From the human T2T-CHM13v2.0 reference genome, Homo sapiens: a stretch of DNA of 64,000 nucleotides. Under the pieces are notes generated by a model. That model did no database searches, was not told where the DNA came from, and was given only the letters and a program-made list of their open reading frames with translations. Of the stretch, positions 15,671 to 29,909 are shown in pieces; position 1 is the first letter of the stretch; every line of letters begins with the position of its first letter. Location: the NCBI RefSeq assembly GCF_009914755.1, contig NC_060927.1; one strand, 5' to 3'. The position numbers and the translations under genes are program-made.

Positions 15671-16248
15671 ATGTGTGCTAGGGTTCTCCAGAGGGATGGA
15701 ACCAATAAGATACATGGGAGTTTTTTAGGGAGAATTGCAAGGTGATTACAAGGCGAAGTCCGGTGATAGGCCATCTGCAAGCTGGGGAAAGAGAGAAGCT
15801 GATGCTGATAGTGGCTCAGTGGCTCAGTCCAAGTCCAAAAGCCTGAAAACCAGGGAAGCTGATAGTGCAGCCTTTGTCTGTTGCCAAAGGCCTGAGAGTC
15901 CCCTGGGAAGCTGCTGGTACAAGCCCTGGAGTCCAAAGGCCAAAAAACCTGGAGTCTGATGTCCAAGGGCAGGAGGAGTGGAAGCAAGCATCTGGCATAG
16001 GAGGGAGAGCGAGCTAAAGACCCAGCAAGCAAACTTATCCTACCTTCTTCTGCCTGTTTTGTCATAGCTGCACTGGCAGCTGATTGGGTGGTGCCCACCA
16101 ACACTGAAGATGGGTCTTCCTCTTCTGGTTCACTGACTCAAATGTCAGTCTCCTCTGGCAACACCCTCACAGACACACCCAGAAACAGTACTTTACCAGC
16201 CATCTAGGCATTCCTCACTCTAATCAAGCTGACACCTAATATTAACTT
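15671..16248. mobile_element. MLT2-family ERVL solo LTR
   Basis: agggttctccagag...cactgactcaaatgt...caccctcacagacacacccagaaac...gacacctaatattaac. Confidence 0.85.
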
Positions 16249-16389
16249 AATTAATTTAAACTTAGCTAATTTAAACTTTTAATTGAGTATAATTTGGAGC
16301 TTAGTGCTCTTAAACCCACTGAGTAGATAATAACAGATTATAGGCCATACTAGGAATGTAAATGCAAGGTTCTTAAAAGTTCTGGTAAG

Positions 16390-17020
16390 ATGTATCAGTG
16401 TGCTCCAAAGACCACCAGGAACACACCTGTAGTTGAATGAAGTTGGGTTTACTGACTTACTGCAGCAAGGGAGAATGAATACCACGGAGAACAATAGGAT
16501 GTCTTACAAGTATGTTAGAAAAGTATTTTTTTTTGGGCTTGGGTTTGTGTTACCTGATTTTGGATAAGGTTCAAGGAAGTAGAGCTTTGCTCTGCATTGG
16601 ATGCTCTCAGGAAGTAGAGATGATTCTATGTTTGGGTATCTTATCAAATCTTATCTAGAAGGTGAGAGGAATGAATCTTACTAAATCTTATCTGGAAGGT
16701 GAGAGGAATGAATTGAGGCTAAAGCTGCAGTTGGTAAAGTAGTAGCAGTTACTCATATTAGCCAGGATAAAAGGTTGTTTGGTCATTTTTCTGGTGTGGT
16801 CAGTGTTCTTGTTTTTGTCTGGAGTTTTGACATGGTTATGGACTGTTGATCTATCACAGATTATAGTCTTGTGTGATGTTGGTGTTCTTTGAAATATTTA
16901 TATTCAACGGGAGAACACCACAGCCTACCTGTGAGTGCCAGGCCAGCTTCCAGCAACACTAAGGCCTGTCTTACTGTACCAGACCAGTTTCTGGCTGCTA
17001 GGAGCTGTTTTTCTCATCAA
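16390..17020. mobile_element. Probable old ERV LTR, family uncertain
   Basis: LTR-like composition with gttgggtttact...cagcaagggagaa; recalled resemblance only. Confidence 0.45.
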
Positions 17021-17579
17021 ATATTGGAGAAAAAACAGTAATACCAAGTGAAAACCAATAATTGATGTAGGTAGGAGATTGTATTGAACTTCATAGCTAT
17101 GCAGGGAGTATGTGAATTACTGTGAGTTTTCTTCTAAAAGCTTATAATTGGTGGTTTGATTTTGAAACATGTTTAACAAAGAATCGCCCTGAACTTTTAT
17201 TTTCACGTAGATGTCCTTTTCTAATTAGGTGCTTCAGGAGTTTGTATGTATGTATACTGGCAATGTGCAAAGCATTTTAGTTTAATTTTTGAACGCCTGT
17301 CTTGGGGTTTGCAATCAGAGCCTTGTGTCACTTTCTTTTTAAAAATAACCTGAGTGGTGACAGTGTTTGTTGCTGAATGAAGGATTTCATTTTTTTCAGT
17401 CAACTGAAAATCATTTGGACAAAATGAATAATAAGTGAAGTAATGTTGCTTTCATTAAAAAATCACAACTAGAGATTACCGAGTAATCTCTGGCATTTTG
17501 TGGCTTATATACTGTTTCTGGAAGTAACTGCTTTGAAGGACAGTCATGATGTAGATAAGTTCTGCATATATTTTTAAAT

Positions 17580-17885
17580 TTATATTTATTTTTTAAAATT
17601 TTTTGAGACAAGGTCTCCCTCTGTCATCCAGGCTGGAGTGCAGTGGAGTGATCTCAGCCAACTGGACTTCCCCTCCCGGGATCAAGCAATCCTCCCACCC
17701 CAGCCTCCTGAGTAGCTGGGACTGCAGGCATGTGCTGCCACACTTGGCTAATTTTTTAAGGTTTTTGTAGAGATGAAGTCTCACTGTATTGCTCAGGTTT
17801 TTCTTGAACTCCTGGGCTCAAGCAGTTCTCCCTCCTTGGCTTCCCAAAGTGGTGGGATTACAGGTGTGAGCCACCATGCCTGGCC
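17580..17885 (-). mobile_element. AluJ
   Basis: Dimer, TSD ctgcatatattttt. Confidence 0.9.
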
Positions 17886-18033
17886 CTGCATATATTTTTT
17901 TAACGATTTCTTTTAAGATCAGCTATTTTAGTTAGCTGTTTTTTTTCAAGACAAAGTTATGCAAGAGGGATAACAGACCTATCAGTCATGTTATATCTTT
18001 AAACATGTATAGAGTAAGGTATTTTTGTATTAT

Positions 18034-18190
18034 TTTAAGAATAGCGTGAAATAAAATGAGCTTTTTAAGTTATATAATTTTTATTAAATTTAATAATTTC
18101 TATTAAATTTAATAAATATTTAAGAACAGCATGAAATAAAGTGAGCTTTTGAAGTTATGATTTTTATTAAATTTAATCATTTCTATTAAA
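18034..18190. repeat. Diverged ~73-bp AT-rich tandem duplication
   Basis: 18034-18107 vs 18119-18190. Confidence 0.85.
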
Positions 18191-18463
18191 AAGTAGAGCT
18201 CGGATTTTCCTACCAAACCTTTTTACCAGTAAGGTCATAGGCTATAGGTATGGCATCAAGAAAGACTGATAATTCTGCTTTTTTTCCAAAATAAGTTATT
18301 AGCCATAGAGAATTCTTTTTTTTAAAAAAAAAAGTTACTCCATTACATTGATATCTTGTTTTTGTTTTTTTAAAGGAATTGTATTTATTTTTCCTTGTTG
18401 CATATTATTAGTATACTTATTCATGAACTTCTAATTTTAAGCAAATAAATGTTTTTATTTCAG

Positions 18464-18610
18464 TTAATGGCCAGCCAAGACCCCTTGAATCAAGTCAGGT
18501 GAAATATCTCCGTCGAGAACTGATAGAACTTCGAAATAAAGTGAATCGTTTATTGGATAGCTTGGAACCACCTGGAGAACCAGGACCTTCCACCAATATT
18601 CCTGAAAATG
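18464..18610 (+). CDS. TFG: TFG exon 4, coiled coil
   Basis: tttcag| acceptor, ATG|gtaaac donor; 147 nt; [49 protein letters not shown]. Confidence 0.96.
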
Positions 18611-21349
18611 GTAAACCCTGAATCCATTGTATTCTGACTTATTGTTCTTACGTCTTTTTGGAGGTTTTAAAAAACTCTTTTTAAGTAGGAGAAGGATGGC
18701 ATCCCCAATGTCACTCTTGTTTCTTCCTCTGCCTCTCTACTAGTATTTATGTCTGTGTTCCTAAACTTTGCTGTTCATCAGAATTACTAGGAGGTTTCAT
18801 TATACCAATTTCTGGATCTCATCATAGACCTACTGGAGCGTAGCACCTGGAAATCCCATTTTTAAAGTGTTTTTTGGGTGATTCTTTCGCAACTAGTCTT
18901 AGACTTTTGGATTTGTTACACAGGTCAGTTTTCAAATCCTTTTGACACATGAACCCTTTTTAGTATAATAGATAAGTAATGAACCTTGGGAATTGAAAAT
19001 CATTTCATGAATAATTACATAGTGTTGGAAGTATTTTCAACTAAAAATCACTTAGATTAGTAATGTTCATTAAAAATGGTATGTTGTAAAGTTGAAACAC
19101 AGTTTTTAATAATAATTAAAGAAAAACTAATTTTTTCCCCATTGTATAATGACATGTACTGTTTGTGTTAAGATAAAGCAAAATGTGTCAACATTTGGAA
19201 CTGACATAATTTTGGGACCGAATGTATTTTAAAATGTGGACTGAACTTTAAGTATGTGTTAATGACTTGAAAGTACAGTTAAAAAACTGCTTTCTTCTTT
19301 TAAGATTCTTAGATGTTGCATTTAAAGAAAACTCTTATTATTATTTTTTTCTTTTTACAAATTCTTTGTTTGCTTATAATTTTCATAGTTTAAAACTGTC
19401 CATATTGTGAAATAGTAATTTAAAAAAAGTCTAGACTGGATGACTGCATATAAAGGGCTTAACATGAGATAATTTTTGTGGATAAATGGTATGTATTCTA
19501 TTTTTGGCCACTAAATATTTTGGAAGTTTTTGTTTTCTATTTTTATTTTAGTTACAGTTTAAATAAAGATGTATTTTCCATCATTTCTCTCTTCCTGTCT
19601 TCTAATAGTCATATGGGATTATGTTAATGATAGATGTTTAATAAATATTTGGTGATTGATTATTCCTAGTTCCACTTCTATTTCAGAACATAATGGAGAT
19701 TTGCTGAATACTATAATGAGATCCTCTTGGTCACTTTATGATGAAACCTTTTATATTTCAGGTCAAAGAAGGTTGCCTATTCTGAGCCCTACCTCTCCAA
19801 ACAAAAATTTCCAATTTTAGATCAAGAATCAATGAAAAAGTTAGACAATTTTTCCAGAAGAATTCATAGATGCTGACACAACATTTGCATATAATTTCAG
19901 GGGATTTAACCATCTGCAGAATATTAAGAAGTGTAGATGAGAATTTAACCAGTATAGCCAATACTGTTCAGAAATTAGCTACAGTGGCCCACATTCTACT
20001 CTAAGGAATGGATTTATGAGTTTTTTGCTTTAGGTGAAACTTTTTCCTCACCTCTTTCTTGCTACTGTTTATACTTTATTCTTTGTGTCTATATTTTTTA
20101 TACATACTGTTAGCTTTTTACCTATGTTAATGTAAAAGGTGTTAAAATTGGTTTCTTCTCTGCATTTTGGAAATCATGCCATATGTTGTTTTCTTGTATG
20201 GCCATTTTCTAGTTATTGTGTCCTGTCTGACATATCTGATGATAAGATGATATAAGAATAATACAATCTGCATTATATTTTTAGAGATAGTTCTTATTTT
20301 TTTAGAAAACAAAAACAACAAGAAAACCATACATCAGAAACTGAAATCTAGTCCACAAAATGAAATTGCCAATCAGCTATCAGTGCTATTTAGAACCTGT
20401 GGCTTACCCTCACCAAGAAATGTGGCCACCTGTGGTCTTCAGCTCTCTATTACAGCGGTTCTTGGATGCTTGTTTTCCTTTAAGAGGCAAATGATGTGTA
20501 AACTACCTTAGATAGAAGATTGACCTGTTGCAGTATCTCCAGCAGCTAATGGAGCAAGTAGTAGGACGTATAGTATGTTTCCTGATGGTTTTAGTTTGTG
20601 ATAAGTGAAAAGAGGCATAGGTAGTGAGATGTGAGGGGAAACAACTTGTAAGACTGACGTGGTATGCTCTTGGGATTAGAGGAAGGAAGTTGGTAGGGAA
20701 GATAGATAACTGGTAGACATGTTTTAAAGGAATACTTCTAGTAGTAGTTTTCTTTTTCCAAACATTTAGAAAATATTAGGGTAGCCTGGAATGGTATGTT
20801 AGGAATGAATGAGCTGCCAGCCAGTGTGTGCTGTGGGTACTTATATTCGGTTTAGCACTTAACATTTTTTTCAGAAGATACATTTTGTATTGATTACAGG
20901 GGTGATCTAAGAACTGATGTTCATTTACTTGCTTGGTAACAAAAGTGATAATCATTGTCCCTTAATTGAGTAAATGGTTAGCAACAGTCTTTTTGTTTAC
21001 TTGTTCGTGTTTTTTGTTTGTTTCTTTTGATGTCTTTTGTATCTTGGACTTGGATTCCTATTTGTAAAATGTATGTTAAAATTCTTGAACTCTTTTTCTT
21101 TCACAAGACAGTAGTATAAATGCCTGTGGAATATCTTAGTATCCTGAGAAGAAAAGCATGATTTTAAATTTAACCTGCTCATAATATTTGACATTTTGTT
21201 TTTCTGTTGTTGTTTTAAACATTTTATTATAGAAAAGTTTAAGTATATAAGAAAGTAGACATTATAATGAATCCCAGAAACCCACATCCAGTTTCAACAG
21301 TTACCAACTTATAGTATCATATAATTACACTATACACATTTCCGCCCCT

Positions 21350-21600
21350 CCTGTTACCCAGAGTGGAGTACAATCTCAGCTCACTACAAACTTTGCCTCC
21401 TGGGTTCAAGTGATTCTCGTGACTCAGCCTCCTGAGTAGCTGGGATTACAGGCATGCATCACTGTGCCTAGCTAATTTTTGTATTTTTGGTAGAGATTGG
21501 GTTTTGCCAGGCTGGTCTCGAGCTCCTGACCTCAAGTGATCTACCCACCTCGGCCTCTCAAAGTGCTGGAATTACAGGCATGAGCTGTTGCACCCGGCTC
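21350..21600 (-). mobile_element. AluS lacking its tail, inserted in an old L1 3' fragment
   Basis: Alu body without poly-T; ccctcctgt on both sides. Confidence 0.85.
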
Positions 21601-22216
21601 CCCTCCTGTATTATTTTGATGCAGATCCCATATACATCATTTCATCTGTAAGCATTTTAATAAGTATTTTAATAAGTAATACATATTAAAATAGAAGGTA
21701 GCAAATTCAAAAATGTTTTTAATGTGCTATTTATGGAAGATTATGAATTAATTATGGTTGGCTTGATTTCCATGTAATTTAATAGTGGACCAGTAGACAG
21801 TAGAAATAAAATGTAAAATTTGAGATTATAACCTTAGTTCAGTTTCTTTTTATAAAATAAAGCCTTAGTTCCTATAATTATTATTTCCAGAGTGCCCAGT
21901 GGGTATCTGATACTAGGATATAGGTTATTGGGCTCCAAAAAAACCAAAAAAAGTAAAATGTTTCTCTTTATCAAGGAGCTTGTATTTTTTTCATCTAATG
22001 TTTCTTACAAAAGGAGGTAAATAATTTTTTTGGAAAGCTTTTGTTCATCTTCTGTTTCTTTTTGCCCTCTTCTCCCTGTTACTAGAAGGAAAAATATAAA
22101 AAAAATAAAGGAATTAAAATGATCTGTAATCCTATATTCCGACATGCTTAACATTCCAGACTATCATTATACACCTGCATTATTTCCCTTGTACTTTTAG
22201 GCCTTACTGAATATAG

Positions 22217-22507
<291 letters not shown>

Positions 22508-22929
22508 TAACTTGGATATGGTGAAGTGCACAAATCTTAAGGGTTCTGCTTAACAAATTTTTACATATGTGTACACTTATGTAAAAGACTAACTAGATTA
22601 AGATGTAGATGATTTCCAGCACTTCAGAAAGCTTTCTTATGTCCTCTCCCCAAGAGTAGCACCCTCCCCCTTAAAGAATAAGCACTGTTGGGTTCAAGTA
22701 AATTTTTGAAAGTAAAATTTAGAAAGTTTTTAAAAATCTGAACTATTTTATAATTTGATTAGTTGCAGTATTCGAATTATATTTGATTTGTCTTATCTCC
22801 TCATCTTAGAGAAATTGAAAATTAAATGTAGATTTTCTTGTTAAATTGCTTGAGTATACAGTGGGTTTTTATATAAATAAGTTTTTAACCTTAAAGCAGT
22901 ACCTATATTGTTTTATTCTGTTTAACTTT

Positions 22930-23540
22930 TGGTTATAATTTCTTCATTATTTTTTCCTGCTTTTTCTCTTTTCGGATTCTAATAACACATACATTGGAGA
23001 GCTTGATACTGTCTCATGGGTCATTAAGGTTCATTTTTCTTCAGTCTTCTCTCTGTTCTTCAGGTTGGGTGATTTCTGTTGAACTCTTCAAGGTCGCTGT
23101 GATTTCTAATATGCTGTGGAACCTTTCTAGTGAATTGTTTAATTGTGCTTTCAGCTCTAGAATTTCCATTGGGTTTTTATAGTTTCTGTTTTTCTGTTGA
23201 GATTCTTTATTTTACATTCATTAAGTCTATATTTTCCTTTAATTGTTTGAATGTATTTATGTTTGATTCTTTAAAAATATTTAGCTGCTTTAAAATGTTT
23301 ATCTGCAATATGTAACACTTGGACCCATTTGGAGTCAGTTTCTATTGACTGGGTTCCTCTCCCCCACACACACTCCCCCCAACTCCAGTAGGGTCACATT
23401 TTTCTGTTTCTTTGCCTGTCTGATAGTGTTTGGTTGAAAACTAGACATTCTGGTTAATATGTTGTAGTGACTTGGACTTACATTCTTTTGAGGATTTTCT
23501 GTTATTGTTGATCTAGCAGGGAGTTGATTTGTATGGACTT
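22930..23540 (-). mobile_element. Old L1 ORF1-region fragment
   Basis: T-rich strand with tttcagctctagaatttccattggg. Confidence 0.55.
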
Positions 23541-25109
23541 AACATAAATAACAAACAGAAAAGCGCTCTCTAAAAGAAAAAGGTATTTGGGAATAGAGCA
23601 TTGCATTGAAAATATGCATGCCATAGTAAACTATGTGCATATTCAGTGAGGTAAAGGCAGACAAAGGTTTTTAAAGGAAAAAATGAGGAGAATATATAAT
23701 TGTTTTGAAATAATTATTGTTGGCTACAAAGATCATTAGCAAGAGTGATGCCAGTCTGAGGTTGGACAGGCAGTTTCTGGGCAGATGTCCTCACAGTCAC
23801 AGAAGTTTTTTTTTTTGCTTTTTTTTTTGCAAAGTTGTGATGGCCTTTGTGTAGGCTTGTGGTTTTTGAACTCTTTTGTGATAGTTTTTGCAAGAATCCT
23901 CTCTTCATGGCCTTATCAGAGTTTTTAATTTTTTTTTAACATTAATGACTTCATTTTGGTTTTGATAACTTTCACATACTCAAAACTGCTCCTTCTTTCT
24001 CCCTATGGTGTATAGCAGCTGATATGTATGCTCAGTCCTTTCAGCTTGCTCTAGGTGCTGCATTTTTCTCTGAGCCTTCTTGAGATATCCTCGTCTGCTC
24101 TCCCAGCCCTATAGTCAGCTGGGGATTTGGACAGAGTGTATATACCTAGATCGTGGGTCTTACCCTTTCAGTAGCACCTTCACTTCCGGGATTTTCCTCC
24201 TAAATCTTCAGCTGCTTGTCTAGCCATAAGGTTGTTAACACTGTGGTTTTCTGCCATTGGAGCTGCAGAGGTCAGCGCTTTTAATTCTTATCCATTCTAA
24301 TTTTATTGGGGTAAACTCCTCTGGTTTCTGATTGACTTTCAGTTATTTCAAATAGTTTCTTTTGTTTTGTTCATGTTTTTAGTTGTTACCTGGGAGAGAG
24401 TTTATCTGATGGATTTACTTTGCCTTTATCAGTAGTTGGAAATGTGTACAGTCCATTTTGTATTTCTTAGAGACTTTCATGGAATTACTCACAAAAGAGA
24501 ATTGTGTGAAAATTTGATGAGGTCAGACTTTTAAATTTTGATTTAAATGTAGTATATTCCAGACTAGAATAATATTAATATGATTCACATTATTTGAAGA
24601 CCATTTTTCTCACAGCTTTGTATGTTGAATTATAGTAGGAAAAACTGTATGCATAGCTAGGATACTTTTGTAGTTCTTCAGGTGTGATGTGGTAAAAATG
24701 TGGCTTATTAGAATAATGAATGTGGCAGTGGGAAGGAGGGATAAAATATTACAAACATGGAATGAACATTAACTGTAATAAATTACATATAAGGGAGGAA
24801 AGAGGAGCCAAAGTAATAAATATATATATTTAGGCTAATAACAGTGTCTTTTGTGGGAAGAATGTGTGTATTTATCTACATAGATATAAATTTAAGTAAA
24901 ATGGTGGTAGATAGAAACCATCATCCATTTTATTTTGGCAATCATCAGTCTCTCTTGCATTACCACTATTATATCCTAGTTTAGGTTCTTATTAATACTT
25001 GGACTGTCAGCTGTCAACTGTGCCTAATACTGTGGTAAGTTCTGGGGATACATCAGAGCAGAAGATAGAGGTTTGCCCTTAGAGAAATTAGTCTGCTGAT
25101 AATAGCAAG

Positions 25110-25390
25110 TACTTATATGGAACTTTCTGAGTAGTAGTCACTTTTATAAGCTTTTGCTGTATAATTCCTTTTATAAGCCCATGCTGTAAGCTCTTGTAAA
25201 CTCATAATCCTCACAATAACCTTATCAAGTAGGAATTAGTATATCCTTTGTACAGATGAGGAAACTGAGGCACAGAAAGAGATTATGTAACATGTCCAGA
25301 GTTACACAGCTAGTGAGTGACAGCACTAGGATTTGAACCTGGGTAGTCTAGCTCCAAAACCTATGCTTTTAACCACTCTTCTGCATTGCC
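25110..25390 (-). mobile_element. MIR SINE
   Basis: Core acagatgaggaaactgaggcacaga...ggatttgaacctggg. Confidence 0.85.
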
Positions 25391-26308
25391 AAAGCAGAAA
25401 GAATTTAAAGGAATAAGACATATTTACATTGTCCTCAGAATATCTTTTTTGACTGTCACAGCATTGGAACTGTAATATATTCTCTCCATTCATTTCTGTG
25501 TTCATTATTTTGTAAGAATTATAGTGGCTCCATATGTAAGTTAGAGTGCTAGGCCTTGTTCGGCAGACAAAAAGAATCAACAGTCAGGAGCCCGGCCAAA
25601 AGAGTGCAGAGTCTTTAAGAGGGAAAGTGAGAGCTATTCAGAAATGCAAAGTAGAAGTCAGTATGAGTTAACAAAAGTAAACTAGATAGAAGTTCACTAG
25701 TAGAAAAAGTATTCATGAGTCAAGAAGGCTTACTAGAAGTGTGGAATTATAATTGGATTTTAAATAATGTTATATTTAAATATGTGAATGTTATATTTAA
25801 ATATATGGGATCTAGTGGGAGAGAAATAGAGGTCAAAAAAATATTAGCTATGTTATGGGAGTAGGGAGAAGGTTAGTTTAGCTGAAAGGGAGGCATGTGA
25901 GAAGAGAAATTGTGAGAAATAATGTTTGGACCCTTAATGCCAAACTAGGAGGTTGAACTTAATTTATGGTCAGTGAAGACCCCTTGAAGAATGAAGTGAC
26001 AATTTTGGTTCCTGTGCAGAATACATTGCTTGGAGTAGGGGGATATCGGCATTGCAGACATGAGTTTTGATTTTTGCAGGGAGAGGTTAAGACTCAGGAA
26101 TATAGTACTCTACACTTTATAAGGAAGGAGTTCCAGTTGTAGCTTTGGATTAAGAGATTGGAGCAAAGGAAAAAATAAAGTACATACATTTAATGTAAAA
26201 AGGCGTATTTGTGGTTATATACTTATTCTATAGTACTTTTAGTATCTTTTAACCAAACTTATTCCTTGAGCTTGCTGGGGGAAGGCCTTGTGTTGGATAC
26301 TAAACTGA

Positions 26309-26563
<255 letters not shown>

Positions 26564-27517
26564 TAAACACAGGAAAAATTTTGATTTACTGACATGATTT
26601 GATGTTAAAAAACCAAATAGAACAATATGTCAGGTATGTTTCCAATTATTGGAATGAAAAAAATACCTCAAAAAAGTGTTTCTATGAATATAGATACAGA
26701 GTGAAAGACCAGTCATTAGTCAGTGGTGACCCTTGGAGGGGAGGATAGTGAAGTTCAGACTGGTGATTTCACACTTTATTTTGTGTTATAGATGCTATTT
26801 TATCTCCCTCCTTTCTTCAACATCTGTGCATGATTTTTCTAATTTAAAAAAGATTTCTGAATAGAGGTAAAGGATAACTTTAGTTGTAGTGGGTTTTTTT
26901 TGTTAAGATTAGTAGCCTTTTATAATTTTGTAAATTTAGCAATATGTCTTTAATGGAAAAAAAGCAGTGTATTTTAAGTCAGACTTTTTCTTCTGAAATA
27001 ATCTGTCCTTGGATATGCAGTTTAGTCTCTCTGGGTTTTGATATTCTTTCACTGTAAAATGTGAAAACTGGACTGAACCCAGTGGTTTCAAAAGAATGTC
27101 TTTAGTTCTGAATGAAATATAACCTGAAAGCTCCATATTTAAAATAGGGGATTGAAGGGCAACAGACTTCACACAGCAGGCACTAAGGTGCCTCATTGAA
27201 AACCTTGGAGTTCTGCAGAATGTGACTAAGTACTTAACTAATCTCTAGGGTGCCTTCCAGATAATGAAGTGTGATTTTTGTATTGTCTATGTGTGTTGGG
27301 ACCTTTAAAGCCGCATTCCACTTCAAAACAAACACCAGGTGGTGCTCTAACTATTTGTTTAACGGGTCAGATAGTGGTATAATGTATTTCCAGCCCCAGA
27401 AGCAAGTGATTAAGGTTATCAATTACATTAAAACAAAAACAAAACATAGGCTAAAATGAACTGACCACTTTTGGAATAGAATCCTATCATCCTGTGGTGA
27501 TACTTTCAGAGTTACCT

Positions 27518-27848
27518 GGCTAGGTGTGGTGCCTCACGCCTATAATCCCAGCACTTTGGGAGGCCGAGCCAGGAGGATCACTTGAGCCCAGGAGTTTGAG
27601 ACTAGGCTGGGTGACATAGTGAGACCCTGTCCCTACAAAATAAAAAAAGATTTAAAAAAATTAGCCAGGTGCTATGGCATGTGCCTATAGTTCCAGCTAC
27701 TTGGGAAGCTGAAGTGGGAGGATTGTTTGCATTGTTGAATTGAAGTGGGTGGTCTAGGCTGCAGTGAGCTGTATCACTCCACTGCACTCCAGCCTGGGCA
27801 ACAGAACGAGACCCTGTCTCAAAAACAAACAAAGCCAAAAAAAAAAAA
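27518..27848 (+). mobile_element. AluJ with small internal insertion
   Basis: Dimer; extra sequence near 27725-27750 repeating tgaagtggg. Confidence 0.9.
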
Positions 27849-28523
27849 TCCACAGAGTTGTCTGTTGGATGAACACCAGTCATTATGGACTAGCAGGTGA
27901 CATTTTGCTGATGAATCAGTGGTTTGCGAAGAATTTCTTATTGCTTAAGCCTTTTCTCAACCAACTTTAATTAACTCCTCCTCTGCACCAAAATGCTACT
28001 GCCAAAACTAGAACAAACTAGAACTAAAGCAGATGTCAGCTGAAATGGACAAAAGCAGAGTATAGGTATGATGAGAGTTTAATGCCTACATCAAGCGAAC
28101 TAAAGATTTGTTTTTAAATAAATCCCATTTTAAGCAGTGTATACTGTGATACAATGACAGTTGGAAGGATCATTGTACCAAATAATGTTTGCTGTTTATG
28201 TATAAATAAATGGGAATTAAGGCGCTACTAGCAATATCTAAACATTCTATGAAGTGTTTAATTGAGCATTTTCAAATAAGTAAAATTTTAAAAATGCGAA
28301 AGGACATACAGTGAAAATTCTCTCTCCCACCTCTGTCCACAGCAACCAAATTCCTTTTTTCAGAGGTAGCAGATTAACACTGTTTATATGCATTTAATTT
28401 TTAGAGTAGTATTGTATGCCTTGCTGCAATTAACTGTTAGCTTACATTAAAACATACAGTATGAAAATTGTACAATTAATATGTGACATCATTTAAACTA
28501 TTAATAACTGATCTAATTCTAGA

Positions 28524-28809
28524 TCAGTGCTGTCCAAAAGAATTACGATAGAAGCCACATGTAGTTTTTCTATTTAGCAGCATTAGAAAAATGTTTAAGA
28601 AAAGGTAAAATTAATTTTATTTAGCCTAATGTATCCAACGTGTACTCACTATTAAAAAGTTAATTTTTTTGGTACTGTGTATTGGAAGTCTGGGATTTGA
28701 CACTGATTTGGAACACTTCAAACAACAAACAACATATCACATTTCAAACAAGCCACATTTCAGGTGCTCAATAGCCACATGTAGCTAGTGATTATTTTAA
28801 GAGCACAGC
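28524..28809. mobile_element. MER33/MER3-like hAT DNA transposon
   Basis: cagtgctgtccaa...cacatttcaggtgctcaatagccacatgt...cacagct, flanked by tagat. Confidence 0.75.
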
Positions 28810-29611
28810 TTTAGATAAATATAGTCGTTATTTATAGATTCCCAGCATGAATTATAGGCTACTTTTACTTTTTGTTGTATAATGAGTCTTTGACATTGTC
28901 AGTTATTTAGATCAACTACTGGTTATAATTTGAGCAGAATTACCAACATAAAATGTATTACTTATAATTTGTTAACATAGCAATCTCTTACAATGTGTTA
29001 ATAGTCCATACTAAAATTAAGAATTCTGAGTTGTTACTTAACTCCCATAAAAGGGACTTTGGAACTGTGAATTTTATTCCAAATAAATGTAGTCTTAATA
29101 TGTTTTTCAGTTAAAAGGATCAACAAGATATTGAGCATCATTAAAAAAAAACCAAAAGGGATAATGTTACTCTTTTTCATATAAAGCCAGTGCCTGTTAC
29201 AGGAAGACTATGTGATGTTGCCAGAAATGTAACTGGTAAGGAGAAGAACGCTAAAAATCATCAGAGATCGGGAGATATTGCTGTTTGACAGCCTAAAAAA
29301 ATGAAAAAGCATATAATTAAAATCTTTAAAATCATATGCCAATATAATGAAAAGCTGAGTAGCCTTTATTATGTAAATATTGAAACATACATAGAATAAT
29401 CAACTCTTCATGTAGTCATGTGGCTTCAACACTTACCAATATTTTGGCATTCTTTTTTCATCATTTTTTCCCCACTGCACCCCTTTTAATTTGCTGGAGT
29501 AGTTTAAATCAAATTATGAACAGCTTATTATACTCAGGTATTTCAGTATATATGTCCAACTGATAATCTTCTTTTTAATATAACCACCATGCTGTTACTT
29601 AACAGTGATTC

Positions 29612-29694
29612 TTTTTATTTTTAATTGTGACAGGGTGTCACTCTGTTGCCCAGGTTGGAGTGTACTGGCTTGATTACAGCTCACCTGCAACCTC
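29612..29694 (-). mobile_element. 5'-truncated Alu fragment
   Basis: Alu 3' end flanked by TSD aacagtgattctt. Confidence 0.8.
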
Positions 29695-29909
29695 AACAGT
29701 GATTCTTAATGTCAACGTGTGCTAGTCTGTGTTTGAATTTCCCTAATTGTTTCAAGATTCGTTTGTTAAATTGACTTGTTCAAATGAGGGGCCTAACAAG
29801 GTTCACACTTTGCATTGTTAATGTGTCTTGAGTCGTTTTTTCTAATAGCCATTAGAAAAAACTTACATGTTTCTAAAATCCCTTACATGTTTCTAAAATC
29901 AAAACTATG

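Noticed and set aside
15652-16104. 150-aa ORF and overlapping ORFs
   Set aside because: They lie within the MLT2 LTR; repeat-derived.
25768-25806. Short AT-rich duplications (also 1650-1678 and 45096-45140)
   Set aside because: Ordinary slippage repeats with no link to any feature.
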